Positions 50,329 to 63,548 of a DNA stretch of 64,000 nucleotides are shown here, one piece after another. The stretch's first letter is position 1; each line of letters opens with the position of its first letter. Source of the DNA: Paragordius varius (Eukaryota > Animalia > Nematomorpha). The notes beneath the pieces are model-generated. The model was not told where the DNA came from and searched no databases. It saw only the letters and a program-made list of their open reading frames with translations. The stretch covers positions 5,828,001-5,892,000 of the forward strand of contig OZ176053.1 of the NCBI GenBank assembly GCA_964247055.1. The letters run 5' to 3'. The translations under genes were made by a program, and so were the position numbers.

Positions 50329-53300
50329 TTATACAATAATTGCTGTTTCTCGGTTAAGTTTTGTTGATGCCATACCATTTGAAATCAAATTATTTTTATC
50401 GTTATTACGCGCCGGATAAATTTTAAGGTTCAGTATGGCATCCTCTGATGAAGATTGGTTCGTTGAGGATTCTGGTGAAAGTTCTGTTTTATCACTGGTC
50501 GTATCTGATGTGTGATGAAGTTTATCGCTACTTACTGTTTCATTTATTGGGCTCATATTTCCACATTTAAACCAATGTGGAGTATTTACAAAATTATCGG
50601 GCTGTTGACTATCAGAGTTAATACGGGAACTATTTATCAGGGTCGTAGATGCAGGGGAAAATTCTCCTCGCAAAAATTTTATATAATAGTTATTTAACCA
50701 CCAATTCATATACGAATGTGTCAGTAATGAGTTATTATTTGCCACATTGAGATTCGATTTCATATTGTAAGTACAGTGAATATTATTGCTAACATAATTT
50801 TGGGTATCCGCAGACCCATTAACCAAAGATTCTATGCTATGTTTGATTCCATGATTAGTTACAAATGACTTTGTTCCCTTTTCATTATTTTTGTGTAGGG
50901 GTTTCTCCAATACTGCCTCTACTTTTTTAGGAGTAATCATGTTGATTGCTTCTGGATTAGAGTCATCTTGGGAAATATCATTATCACCAAGACCAAAAGT
51001 GTTTCTCTCTCTATGTGTCAAAGGACTATTATTAACATCAAGGAGGCTGGGCTGAAAATATTGCGAAAACGAATGGTTCAAATATTGCATAAAGTATGGA
51101 GACGAGGCATAAAATTGGGCCACCGATTTTATCCAGTTGGCTGTTTCATTTTCTTTGTTGACTGCTGGTGAATGAGAATCTCTTGTTTGAAAATTGATTG
51201 GACTTATTTTTTTACTTATTGAAGGAGATAATGTATTTGTCATCTTTTTACGGTTAAGTGCGACACTTTCTTGATGTATGTAAGCTGTGATAGATGTTGA
51301 ACTTGAGTTATTACTTGTGCTTGAAAAGTTTCCTTGACTTTCTTCCCCTACCTTAGTAGTTAACATGGCAAAATTTAGTATTTCAGACGCTCCCGACGAC
51401 CGACTGACCCCCGAATTTGTGCCAATATGATCTCTTTTTATTTTCTTAATTTTGGCGCCACTATTTTTGCCGTTTGTCGTAGGTTCCCCAAAACCTTCAA
51501 ATTCTGAACTATCATTTAATTCTTGATTTGAGCCATTATTACATCTGGTCTGGTTAAGGCTATGGTTTCGTGGACCCCGTTCATGTTGTACCGCTATAAT
51601 ATTTTAGAAACATATATAATTTGGTTTTTAAAAAAAGTTATCTGTTGAAAATAAAAGATGTTAAATGTTCTAATATAGTATGTTTTGTCCATGAACCGTA
51701 AACTTAATTAACTTAGCGACTAATAACTTTTACCTTATTAATATTATCAAAGCGTTTCTCACAAGTACCGACAAACTTTTCTAGTATATTAACAAATTAA
51801 CTAAAAATATACTTATTTTAACATTTATAATAACAACACATTCAAATAATTATTTTTTTCTTCAAAAACATGCTTAAAAAGTTTAATAATGAAAACACAC
51901 AAAACAACTTTTAAATAACTTTATTTTGAGAATAATTATTTTAATTTTCATTAAATGTAACTAAGTGTCGTTTAAAGTCCAGATTTTTTGTTAAAGGTAA
52001 TTTATATTAAAATGATGAAACATAAAAATGGCTGGCTGGTAGAATTATAAGATAAAATAAATGTTAATTTTTTTATTCGCTCGACATACTGGCGTTGCTT
52101 ATATTTTTAGCCATTTAATTATTACAAAAATTATATGAAAATTATCGTTGAAAATATGTAATTATATTTTTTTACACTATTAAAATGATATTATACAAAA
52201 AATGTGTTCTTTAGTACAAGTGCCAAAAAAACAAATTAAAAACATATAAAAGTCGTTAGAAAAATTAATTGAAGTTATATATTTGGATACAGGTAAATAT
52301 CAAGTTTATGTGTGTACACGTGATATTGAACGCGAAATTATTAATTTTGATTAATATTTTCCAAAAAAAATTTTTTAAAGCTGTTTTTTAACAGTTAGGA
52401 TTTTAATAAAGTAGTTTTTATGGGTTATAAGAAATCCCTCCCGCTTGTAATGAGCCTTTTAAATTCGTGCCTATAAAATAATCAGATCATGCTGATGATG
52501 AAGTACTTTTACTGATTTTTTTTCATGTTCTAATGTTTAAGTTGACTTTACTTTTTCCACCCTAGATTGTGGTTATTTTTATAAAAAAATAAATTACAAT
52601 CAATTTTTAAAACCGATTATTAATTAATTTATATTTATTTTAAATATTTCTCAAAATGGAGGTCCTGATATATTATATTAAGACATGTCTTTTTCCCAAC
52701 AAGTGGCGTCATTTGGGGATCCACTTTATATTATATTGGATGGTAGCTTATAAAATAATATGATATATTTGAAAATAAATCGTTCGCTCTGAGCATCTGA
52801 TAAATACTAAAGATTTTTTTGTTCTAATCACATTAATTTGGGTAAAACTTGTGTGATAAGTCTTTTCTAATTTTAACCCAACGAATGTATAAATCCGTTT
52901 TATAAAATAAATTACCCTCTTTATTCATGCCAGCTTTCAGGCAACGTATTAAACGACAAGATCGACATTGGTTCCGGTGAGTTTTATCCATCAAACATTG
53001 CCCCTTAACTTTTCCTTTGCATTGATATTCTCGATTTCTCCTAATTGATCTCTGTATAATAGATAAAAATGTATCTAAAATAAAAGATTATCAGCTAGTG
53101 ATCAATTTATTTAAAGAATTTTAAAAAAATATAATTTTCGGTAATTTTATGTTCATTAATAAAAACACAAACCATATATATATTTCAAATGTAACTGGTT
53201 CTAAATAAGTTTTACAAATTTAGATAAAATTTTATTAAATAAAAGTTTTTGATATTTTATTTAGCCAGAGAGATTGACTCAAAAATGTCCATTATTGATT

Positions 53301-55973
53301 AAAATGCTTAAACCATAAATGTAATCGGTTATTTTATTAATGTGACCTTAAAAACAAATGATTTGCTAATTTCTATCGATATATTTAAATTGGCCTTTTC
53401 TACAAAAATATATTATTTCGCGCTTAAAAGGCACAGTATCTAGCTTATTTAGATAAATCATCTCTTTATTTAAGGTTCATGTGTGAAAAGAAGTCATACT
53501 AAAACAATATGAATAATGTACTTTTTCAATTAAAAAACAATATTTTAATCAAATATTTACTTAAACTCATATAATTTGTGGGAATATCGGACCCTTTTTA
53601 AATAATGAATACTTTTAAAAAGTCAGAACAAAGAAATCTAGTGAATACATGGTATTTCTACCAAAAAAAGTAAAAATTTTAATCTAAAAAACTTTCTTAC
53701 CATTATTCTCAAAGTCGATTTACTACTAATTTTTTTAAATTAGTTTTAAGTGCCAGCAAGACCACCAAAAAAATAATTATAATAAAAAAGAATATTGTCA
53801 ATCGATTGTTTTATGTATATGTATATAAATATAATTTATATAAAAAATTTCAAGTATTTTTGGCTTAATAAAGTTTTGATTGAAAACATTTATGTTATGT
53901 TTTTTTCCTCCATCTTAATAAACCATTTCTAGTGTCTTGAAAGATTAATGTTAGACAAGTAGGCTTTATTCTATCTAGTATATACACTTATAATATTGAT
54001 TGCTATTGATTAGGGTTTCTAATTATAAATACTAATAATTTTTTATAAGTTATTTGTGGTGGAACATTCTGACACTTAAGGTTGATAAAGGTAATTTTTA
54101 GAAAGGCAGCCTTTTTTATAGAAAAAAAAAGAATTAAGATTAAAGAAAAAATAATATGTTACAATATTTAACATTTTAATACTTTTTGGTAAATACTGAA
54201 AAAAAAAACAAGATTATAATGGGATTTTATAATACATATTATAGAATAGTATTAAAATTAACTTATATACATTTTCTAACTTTTAATTATTATAACAATT
54301 TGTCAAACTTAGTATAGGGGTATTTGATTTTATAAATGTATTATAATAAGCTAGACACTTAGGGGTCTTGTTAAAATTTATTATAAATATATATATATTT
54401 TAATTTCAAACTGCAAAATCCAAATTAAATATGGTTAAAATAAATTTTATAATAACATATATATATAGAACACATACTTTAAAGAATCCAGCACACCTAA
54501 AAATATAAAAAAATTATATAATTTTATTTATATAGTAAAATTAAATTTAATACTGATTTAATTTTTAAAATTATTCAAAAAAACAATATTTTTTAATATA
54601 TAATTGGCAGATGTCAGGCATAGTCACTAAATTTTGTAATTTGGTTTATAATATCAATTATCATTTCAATGTACGATATTTTTAACCATATTGAAACGTA
54701 TATCTATATATAGATTTTATAATTAATCAATTTAGTGAATTATAAGTTCCATATGCTGGTAAAACGGATATTAGAGAATTGAAATTGTATTTTATAATGG
54801 ATAGCAATACACATGCCTTTTAACATGTCTCTAATTTATAATCTTTGATAGTTTTATTGGTAAAATTCCTCCGGTATATGGATAATTAATTAAAAATATT
54901 ATGTCTATTGCATATTATGTATAATATAAGCGGTCAGAAAACAAATTAAAACACATTTAAATAGTCGAGGATTTGATGTATTTTAATTTTATTGCAAAAT
55001 AGTTAATTTGATTATTTAAGAATTATAGCATTTTCAGCTTGCTATAATTGTGGTATTTTATACGATATAAACACAAACGGGCTTGTCCTGAAAATTTAGG
55101 CCATTCTTACAACTTTTACTGTGAAAATTAAATAAAACCAAATGACAAATATTTTTTTTAAAAGACAATCATATTTTTCTATTCGTGTTTTTTTTCAATA
55201 TGTAATTCATCGTGGTCTGCAAAATGGAAAAAAGAGATTAAAATCCTAATTAATAGTTTAGGGCCAAATTAGGTTAAATAGTAGGGTTGTTTTTTAATAT
55301 AATTTTGCTTAATTTTTACGTTCTGTAGGGTTTGTGATTTGTTTCTCCGTTAATATATTAGATCATCATTTTAATTCGCAAAATAATATTGTAAAAAAAC
55401 CTTGCAAAGTAAATAATTTAATGTTTACCCGTCACAAGAAAATATTCCATAGTGCTTCCCAGAAGAGTTGTCATTGCACACGACACAAGGAATGTCCAAC
55501 AAAATACGATCTAAACAGGAAATATCGTTAAATAAAAATAAGAAATTTTCTACCTAAATGTAACTCAAATTTAGGCAAAACATTTAATACTCAAGCATGA
55601 AATTGAATCATGTTATAAAAATTAAAGTCAAATTCCGTTTTGAAACTTTAATATATTAATGTATAACGTGTACTTAAAAGAGTCAGACACTTTTCGAGTA
55701 TTTCTATTCAAAGATACATTAATATTTTGACGGGGAACATCTAATAAAATTAAATAAATTTTAAATTCGATTATAAATGATTTTGTTAAAGTGATAAATT
55801 TGAATTCTAATAATATTGAATGTTAACAGAGGCTTAGCTTGCATTTCTGGTGTCCGGTCTATGAATCCGTGATGGCGCCCCCTGCCCCCTCCATACATGC
55901 CTCTCTTTTTTAAAAAATAATCAAATTTATTCATACAAAAATGCTTACTAGATATTCTGAATTTTTCTTCCAT
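50329..55973 (-). CDS. NR2E1: Tailless/TLX (NR2E1)-like nuclear receptor, 5 exons, 508 aa; DNA-binding domain intact, no recognisable ligand-binding domain
   Basis: Exons 55973-55949, 55510-55429, 54496-54478, 53051-52916 and 51593-50329 (1527 nt, in frame, GT-AG). Spliced protein: [111 protein letters not shown] and AVQHERGPR are NR2E (tll/TLX/dsf) hallmarks. The DBD exons are absent from the ORF track. Exon 1 is the least certain. Confidence 0.9.
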
Positions 55974-58900
55974 TGATAAAAATTAAAGCTTCCAGGGTTA
56001 TTCGCAAAAATTAAAGTAACTCATGAAAAATATATCCATTAAATTAAGTGGTGTCTTTTCCGAAAATCATTTATATTGACTAATATTATTTAAGTATACT
56101 GAAAAAATTTATGTCAAAATAAAAATTACAAGTATATATTTGATAAAACTGAAAAATACATATAAAAATGTGACAATTGAGTTGACAATATGTAATGTAA
56201 AACGAGAAATGGATATGGCCATTAAATATGATTGTCATTTATACTTATATACATGTATATTAATAGTGCTCGTTGTCCTTACTTTTAAAAACTTTTTTAA
56301 AAACTTTCGGTATATAATTGCCTTTTATAAAGTTTCCAAATTTTATTTTACGATATAACAGGATTGATTCAAACATATGGAAAATATTAGATGCACACAT
56401 TTTTAAGGTAGCATTTGGTGTATTGGACGGAATCATGTTATTAATTTGTGATCATAATAAAACATATTTTTTGATTTTTCGATATTGACGTTTCCGTAAC
56501 TTGATATATATATTTACTAAAATTTTTCTTAAATATGGTATCTTTAAGATATAATCCATATTTGTTTATATATAATGTTGATTGGAACGTCAAAAAGCCA
56601 ATTCTTTTTGACCATTTTTGAACTAGAGGTATATGTTCATAAAAAACACAAGTTATGTTAAATTTTTTTAGAACTCTGAACTTTCAATATCATCAGAGGC
56701 ATCATTATCTGGAATATCAATTTATAAACATTTAAAAGAGTAAGAAAGTTATATAGATTAAACAAAATTTTCGGCTATCAAGGTTACAAAGCTTAGCAAA
56801 TTAGTTCGTCAAATTTTCTTAGCCACCCATATATTGCAACTGCCTTTTTCCATAATCGCCTTAATTGTAGGGAAAACACAGGGCTCATTATCCAAATCTT
56901 GATTAACCTTTTTAAATGTTTTATTTTTTGTAAACATTAATTTCTAAAAAGAAATCGACCATATTCATATAAAACAACGTATATTTTTTATATGGTAATT
57001 TACGGTGTAACACAGTAAAGTTAACACAACAACCAGATAGAATATTAAAACGAAATATAATAAACTGTGTGATATGGAAAACTTTTTGTCTAGAATATAA
57101 CCATACCACCCTATTTTGTGAAAAGTAGCAACTTAAAACTTTTTTAAATAAAAGTGCATGATAAACATGGCACAAATAGATCTAAGCTCTTATTCTAAAT
57201 AAGTTTATATGAAATTGTGGTAAATTTCAAAATTTTTAAAATCATCAAAATGTGCGAAAAAAGTGTTTTCTAATATTTTAAAATCATGTATGTTTCCCCT
57301 TGTTTTAAAGCATATGTGATATCCTTCAACTATTTTGTATAAAATTAATTTTAAAGTACTTTCTAAAATTTATTTATAGAAAAATATTATTGCGTAATCT
57401 CGGCTCTTTGTGTTTGCAAGAAAATTAGCCCGTTTTGGGGAGAAAAACATCATTTAATTAGAACCTTTTAACCTTTTTATGATACATTAAGGTATTGATT
57501 TGCTTTATCACTTCATTATCTTGAGTTGTATGTGAAGATTTTGGGGTATATGAAATTCCCTGTAAATCTAAATTAATATAAAATAACACTAATAGGCATT
57601 TCGAAAATATGAATATCAATCATTAAACTTCTAGATCAAAAATATATTTTTTATAATTTTTTAACCTTTAGCGTTTAAATAATAGGTGGCATAAAATCTA
57701 ATTGAATGAACAGCTGATATTTATATTTATAATGATCAAATGTCAAAATATAAGCGATATTTTTATATATTAATTTTTAAATTATACGTTTATCAAGCCT
57801 TTTTGGCTGGGAAAATCAAATTTTTTTGGGGACTAAAAACATGAGGGTTTATATTTGTCGTTCGTTTAAAAATAAATAATTTAATGCGCTTAAAAGGCCA
57901 TAAATTCAAATTTTTAATTTGAGTATATCAAAATTCTTTTTTAATTATTTATATTTAAAGCTTATGCAAAAAGGAAGGATATTTAAATAAATTTTGTGAA
58001 ACAAATCATTTCCATCGAAAAATATTTAGCATAGAGCTAATTTTGCTTTTTCGATATAGATACTTTACTGTAAAAGTAAAAATACCTTTTTAAATGATTA
58101 TGCCCAAAACCAAAAGCATCATAAATTTACTGTATATTTTATCCGATTTTATAATATAAGAATAATTTTTATGGGCTCTAATATTGTACACTGTGTTATA
58201 CACAATACGCCTTTGATAAATATGAAGTTTTAATACAACTTATTTAAAGCATTAATGATATGTTGTACATTTTTAATAACGCTACAAATCATTTCCTATT
58301 TTAAAATTTTGATCTTTTTTAATTTGTATATCAAAGGACGAAATTAGCTATCCTCGTGTTTGAGTTTTTTTTATTTTTTGAAACATTTGTGTCACTACCA
58401 AAGTTAACATAGGATCGGCATTTTTAAGTTGGGGAATTACAATGTATTTTTGTAAATATTGCCATAAATTAATTTTAAAAACTATATATTTTGCTAAGCG
58501 AAGTAAATACCTAAACTCATTTCAATTTAAATAATAAAACTCATTTTCATTTTGATATTTTATGCATAGTATTTAAGATAAATTTTAACATGTCTCATAT
58601 GTAGGATAAAAACGTGTCAATTTACTTAAAATTAAATGTATGTCCACAAAATTGATATTAAAAATCAAAATCAATTTTATTTAACAAATGAACCAGTTTC
58701 ATTTATAAAGTTAAGAGCATTTTGTCTTCTTGTTTATATAAACTTTCATTCAGAATGGGAACATGAGAATTTCTATTTTGCAAGAAAAAGATTGTTGAAT
58801 ACTGGCTAACCTTTAAATTAAAAATAAAAAATATTTTTTTTGAAAAAAGATATGTAGATTGGCTAAGTTGGTCGTTTTTATAAATAAGGTAAATTGTTGG

Positions 58901-60914
58901 TAACACCAGATTATTAGATATAAAAGTTACGTCATTAAGGTACTTTTAAAAAGTGTTTAGTTAACCTCAAATCAAAAATTAAAAGGATATTTTCATAAAT
59001 GGAAATATGTGAAAATAATATTATATAATTATATATATATTATTTGTGTTTTTTATTAAAGAAAGAAAAAGTGAATTTGTGACATTCGATACTCGTGTTT
59101 TTATTTAACAATATAAAATATAACTTATGTCACAACTTTTAAAACTTATATAATTTTTAACCTGTAGAAAATGCTTAATTGCTTAAAGTTATTATTCTTC
59201 AGTTTTTAAAGAATTTAAAAATTAGATTCCATATTTAGCAAGTAAAGTATTTGTTAAATCAATGGTTGAAAGATTAGACTAAAAAATCAACGGCTTCATT
59301 AAAGCTCAAGTCCTGAATGTAATTTTGGTTTTTTTGCATTGTTTTTATTTTTAGAAAATTAAATCACGAAAAAACTAATTTATCAATTAAGATCGCAAAT
59401 TAATTACCAATCTTGAACAAATATTGACAGTATTTTTTTGTTTTCTATTCTTGTATATATAATATAGTACAAGCCCATTAATTATATTGTAAAATATCTA
59501 TATAAAATTTATTGTTACATTATATACATTTTTACTTTTTATTTACTTAATTAATGTTGGGAAGAACTCTTAACTTTTTTCTGTTCTTGGTCGGATTGAA
59601 TTGAACGAACCATTGAACTTTTAAAACTACAATCTCAGGGTGTTTTAAATCGAATATATTGACATTAAAACAATAAAGGAATATATAAGTGCATTTTAAT
59701 ATTTGATTTTTATTTTATAAGATAATTTTTTACAGGTAAAAAATGACGAGTAACCATATATTCAATATTTTACAAATTTTGGTGCACAAATATTTGAACT
59801 AAAAATGATGTTATTAATGATTAAAGTTAAGTATATAAAAAATTTATTTCATTTTTTAAAATATATTTGAGTTTGGGTAAATTATTTAAATATATATATG
59901 TTTAACTTGGAATTACGTTGATCCCTATATTATAAATATTTCATTAGAAAATGCTTTGATTTGAGTTTCGGTTTCTGACATAAAATTGTACAAAAGTAAT
60001 TTGATAAAGGTTAAATGCCTAATCCTCCCACTAATAAGATTCATACAATGATAAAATTATCAGGCCAATACATTTAATATTATATTAAGGTCGGGGTACA
60101 ACAATATACTATTCACACCACTCTTTTGCAAATCTAGCCAAAATTTTAAATGTCCTTTAGACAAGAACATATATTTTCCTTAAAATTTAATAAAATGCTT
60201 GAAATCTTCGAATAGCCCCTAAAAATAAATTATCTATTTTAGACTAAATTAACACTTCGATTCAAATTTGGGTATCAAAATACCCCAGACAATTTTTAAG
60301 TTGAAATTTTTAAAAACTACTGAAAGAAACGGTTCCAATTTAAGTTTATGCTTCTATCCTAATAACATATTATATATTTAAACCAATATTTACAAATTTT
60401 TTGGAAAAAAAGTTTATTTCAAACTACTTGGACGCCATTTTTATTTTACAGCATTTTTGCAAAGTATCCGTGTTTATTCGATTTTAAGCCTAAAATTTAA
60501 TTTTTTATTAAAATCACATTTAACATTGATATAAACAGAAAAGATGGTATATTTTGCATTATTTTACCATTTATCTTATGCACACATGTCATGGTGGCTA
60601 AATTTTTTGGGTTTTGCCTCTGAATAAGTTTCATCAAGTATTTTTGAATAAATTTTTTATTATATTTCGGTTCAGTAATGTTATATAAGTGTAAACTTTT
60701 GCAATGGTTTTATTTTATTCCATATTTAAAATATTTAATTTATAACAAGCCTGGGGTATCTAAATACTCCAATTTGTATCGAAGGACTGAAAGGAATGCG
60801 TAGTATCCAACTGTTAACTCATATTTGATATTTAACATTTTGGCATATTTAATCTTTTTTTGTTTTAGCTTTTAAAAAAATCAAAAACAACAAAAATAAT
60901 ATATGATTTTTCAG

Positions 60915-61433
60915 CGCTATCACCAACAAAAGAATAAACTAAACCATGCATTAATTTAAAAACCACCGGAATCAGCTGGAAGAAACGGCAAAGTGATTTT
61001 GATATATAAAAATGCTCTGTTTGACACAGCAAAACCAGTGAAAAAGACGGCTTTTTGCACTCGCTTGAATGTTAAATGCTTTTGATCCACTGAATTCTCC
61101 TGACGTGGTGCCATCTAACTATTACAATATCGCATCAATAGGGCTCACCGTCGCAGAGCATAAATTCAATAATTTCGAAAAGGTTAAAAAATGGCTTTGA
61201 AAGAAGAAGGAAAGGGTATCAGAAAAGAGTACATGACTGATACTCAGAGGAATGATGGTTTGCCGAAAAGGCCTATAATTTTTTTGGCACGGCATTTGTT
61301 TTATATGAACGAAATGGACGAAATTTGTGGAAGGATGCACAATATTTTGTATAAAATAAACAATCGATTGATCTCCTTTTAAAATTAGATTTTTTTCCAA
61401 AAAACCGGTAAACGCTTTTGACAACACCTGTTA
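60915..61433 (+). mobile_element. Mariner transposase remnant (C-terminal part) with probable 3' end
   Basis: RYHQQ..KLNHALI*KPPESAGRNGKVILIYKNA..TAKPVK, then PLNSPDVVPSNY (YSPDLAPSDY motif), HKFNNFEKVKKWL and FWHGI; ends ...ACAACACCTGTTA. Stops, frameshifts and a short insertion. Confidence 0.85.
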
Positions 61434-61908
61434 CTAAAGATTCTTAAAGCGAAATCTCGGCATTTTGCGTTTATTTGAAATAACTAGCCCATTTAAGGGA
61501 GCCGAAAATTTGTGAGTTTCAGAGCACGCTGTTTTAAGTAATATAGTTTGTACATATTTTTGGATTGAAGCCTTTAGCTTTTACCAGAAAATATATATTT
61601 AGCATAATTTGCACAAATTTTACGATTTTTCATGGAGATCCCACAAAAGTGTAAATATTTTTGTTAATGACTTGTTCCATGGAATCCCGATACATTTTTT
61701 TATCAGATATATTTTTCATTAATTTGTGGTGCACTATGTAAATATACATAAATATTTGGATTTATATGAGAATTTTTTGGCGCCATTTTGGTCTTTGATT
61801 TTGATTTTTTTTGCAAAATACTCCCAATATCACAAACTGAGTCGATAGAAGTTTTTACATTTTTTATAACGGGTTAACGATAAGCTAATTCTACTTTCGT
61901 GCATATAT

Positions 61909-63548
61909 CAGTGGCGTATCGAGAATTTGCGGCTCCCGGGGCATAAAACTTTTATGGCGCCCCTCCCCCCTAAAAGCCAATAAAACAATTTAGTAAAAAA
62001 AATACAAACGTTGTAACCTAAACACCATAGATAAGACAGCACAGTCATATAAATTTTAAATCTATTAAATATATATATTTATATGATACTAAATTTCTTT
62101 AATGGTATTAATTAGGTGAATAATAGAGTATATATTACACTGTGTGCAAAAAGAGGGTCATTTTGATTTAACAAATTTTTTTTTTTCATGAGATAGCTTA
62201 TGACCAGTGTATTCATTTGCCGTAAAATTTTTTATTTGACAACCTAGTATTTAAAATATTGAGAGAATATCGAAATCGGGCAAAATGTGAAAATTAAGGA
62301 TAATTAAGGATAATACAAAAAATAATGATAAAATTTGAAATATTATGGTTTATTATCATTTATGTAGGTATTTTCAATATATAAATAGCCTAAAATCATA
62401 TAGTTAGGGTTTCTATAAAATTTCAGGTCAAAAGATGGCGTTTTTCTTTTGTCACACTTAAAAGACAAAATAAATTTAATGAAACTATATTAAAATAATT
62501 TTTAATTATTTACTACCTAAACTCACTATTAAAATCTTAACGTCATATTTTATTCGGTAAAATAAACATCTATATCAAAATAAAACCAAAAATATTGTTT
62601 TTTATTTTTGCATTTTTTTGTCATCTGGTTTATGAGTGTATAAAAAATTTACACGATTTTAGTTTGGAAACCATGAGTGGGAATTATCAAATATATAATT
62701 TATGCAAAATACGATTTAAAAGTAGTGGAACAATTATAAAATCCTTACAATTTCCTCTAACAAGTCTGTTTTATGACTAATATTTTAATTGGGATTTGTA
62801 CGGATTGTTGGTTGATATTCCACTAATTTTTAATTCTATTGTGCATAAATCATATACTTAATAATTCCTAATTATGTGAAAATCCAAAATAAAACAGAAT
62901 AAATTTTTTATACACTCATAAACCAGATGACAAAAAATGCAAAAATAAAAAACAGTATTTTTGGTTTTATTTTGATATAGAAGTTTATTTTACTGAATAA
63001 AATATGAATGTTATGATTTTAATAGTGAATTTAGGTAGTAAATAATTAAAAAAAATTATTTTAATATAGTTTCATTAAATTTATTTTGTTTTTTAAGTGT
63101 GATAAAAGAAAAACGCCATCTTTTGACCTGAAATTTTATCGAAGCCCTAACTATATGATTTTAGGCTATTTATATATTGAAAATATCTCCTAAAATGATA
63201 ATAAACCATAATATTTCAAATTTTATCATTATTTTTTGAATTATCCTTAATTTTCACTATTTGCCCAAATTTGCTTTTCTCTCAATATTTCAAAAACTAG
63301 GTCGTCAACAAATAAAAATTTTTGCGGCAAATGAATACGCTGGTCATAGGCTATCTCATGAAAATCGTTAAAAATTTTTTGCACACAGTGTTATAGGGAT
63401 TATTACCTAAATTGCTGAAATTCTCATTTGAAAGTTTTATTATTTTTGCATAATAAAAAAAAATAATTTTAAAAAATCATTTAGGCGCCCCTAAAAACGG
63501 AGCCCGGGGCATGATGCACCCCCTTGCCCTCCCCTCGGTACGCATTTG
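61909..63548. mobile_element. hAT-type MITE (CAGTGGCGTA...TACGCATTTG) interrupted by a foldback element
   Basis: Perfect 8-bp TSD GCATATAT at 61901-61908 and 63549-63556; GC-rich subterminal CCCGGGGCAT / GGCGCCCC motifs at both ends; ~385 bp once the insert is removed. Confidence 0.85.
62138..63390. mobile_element. Foldback (long-TIR) non-autonomous DNA element, 1253 bp, CACTG termini, TTA TSD
   Basis: Left arm 62138-~62650 is the reverse complement of right arm ~62900-63390 with scattered mismatches (e.g. TTTCAGGTCAAAAGATGGCGTTTTTCTTTT / AAAAGAAAAACGCCATCTTTTGACCTGAAA). TTA on both flanks; no ORF. Confidence 0.92.

Noticed and set aside
24331-50697. Antisense or overlapping ORFs over the LINE, COG5, RTK and NR2E1-like exons (e.g. 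24507..24785, 29480..29722, 36152..36466, 41758..42063, 42368..42664, 50512..50697)
   Set aside because: These are shadow ORFs of real coding sequence with no independent motifs.
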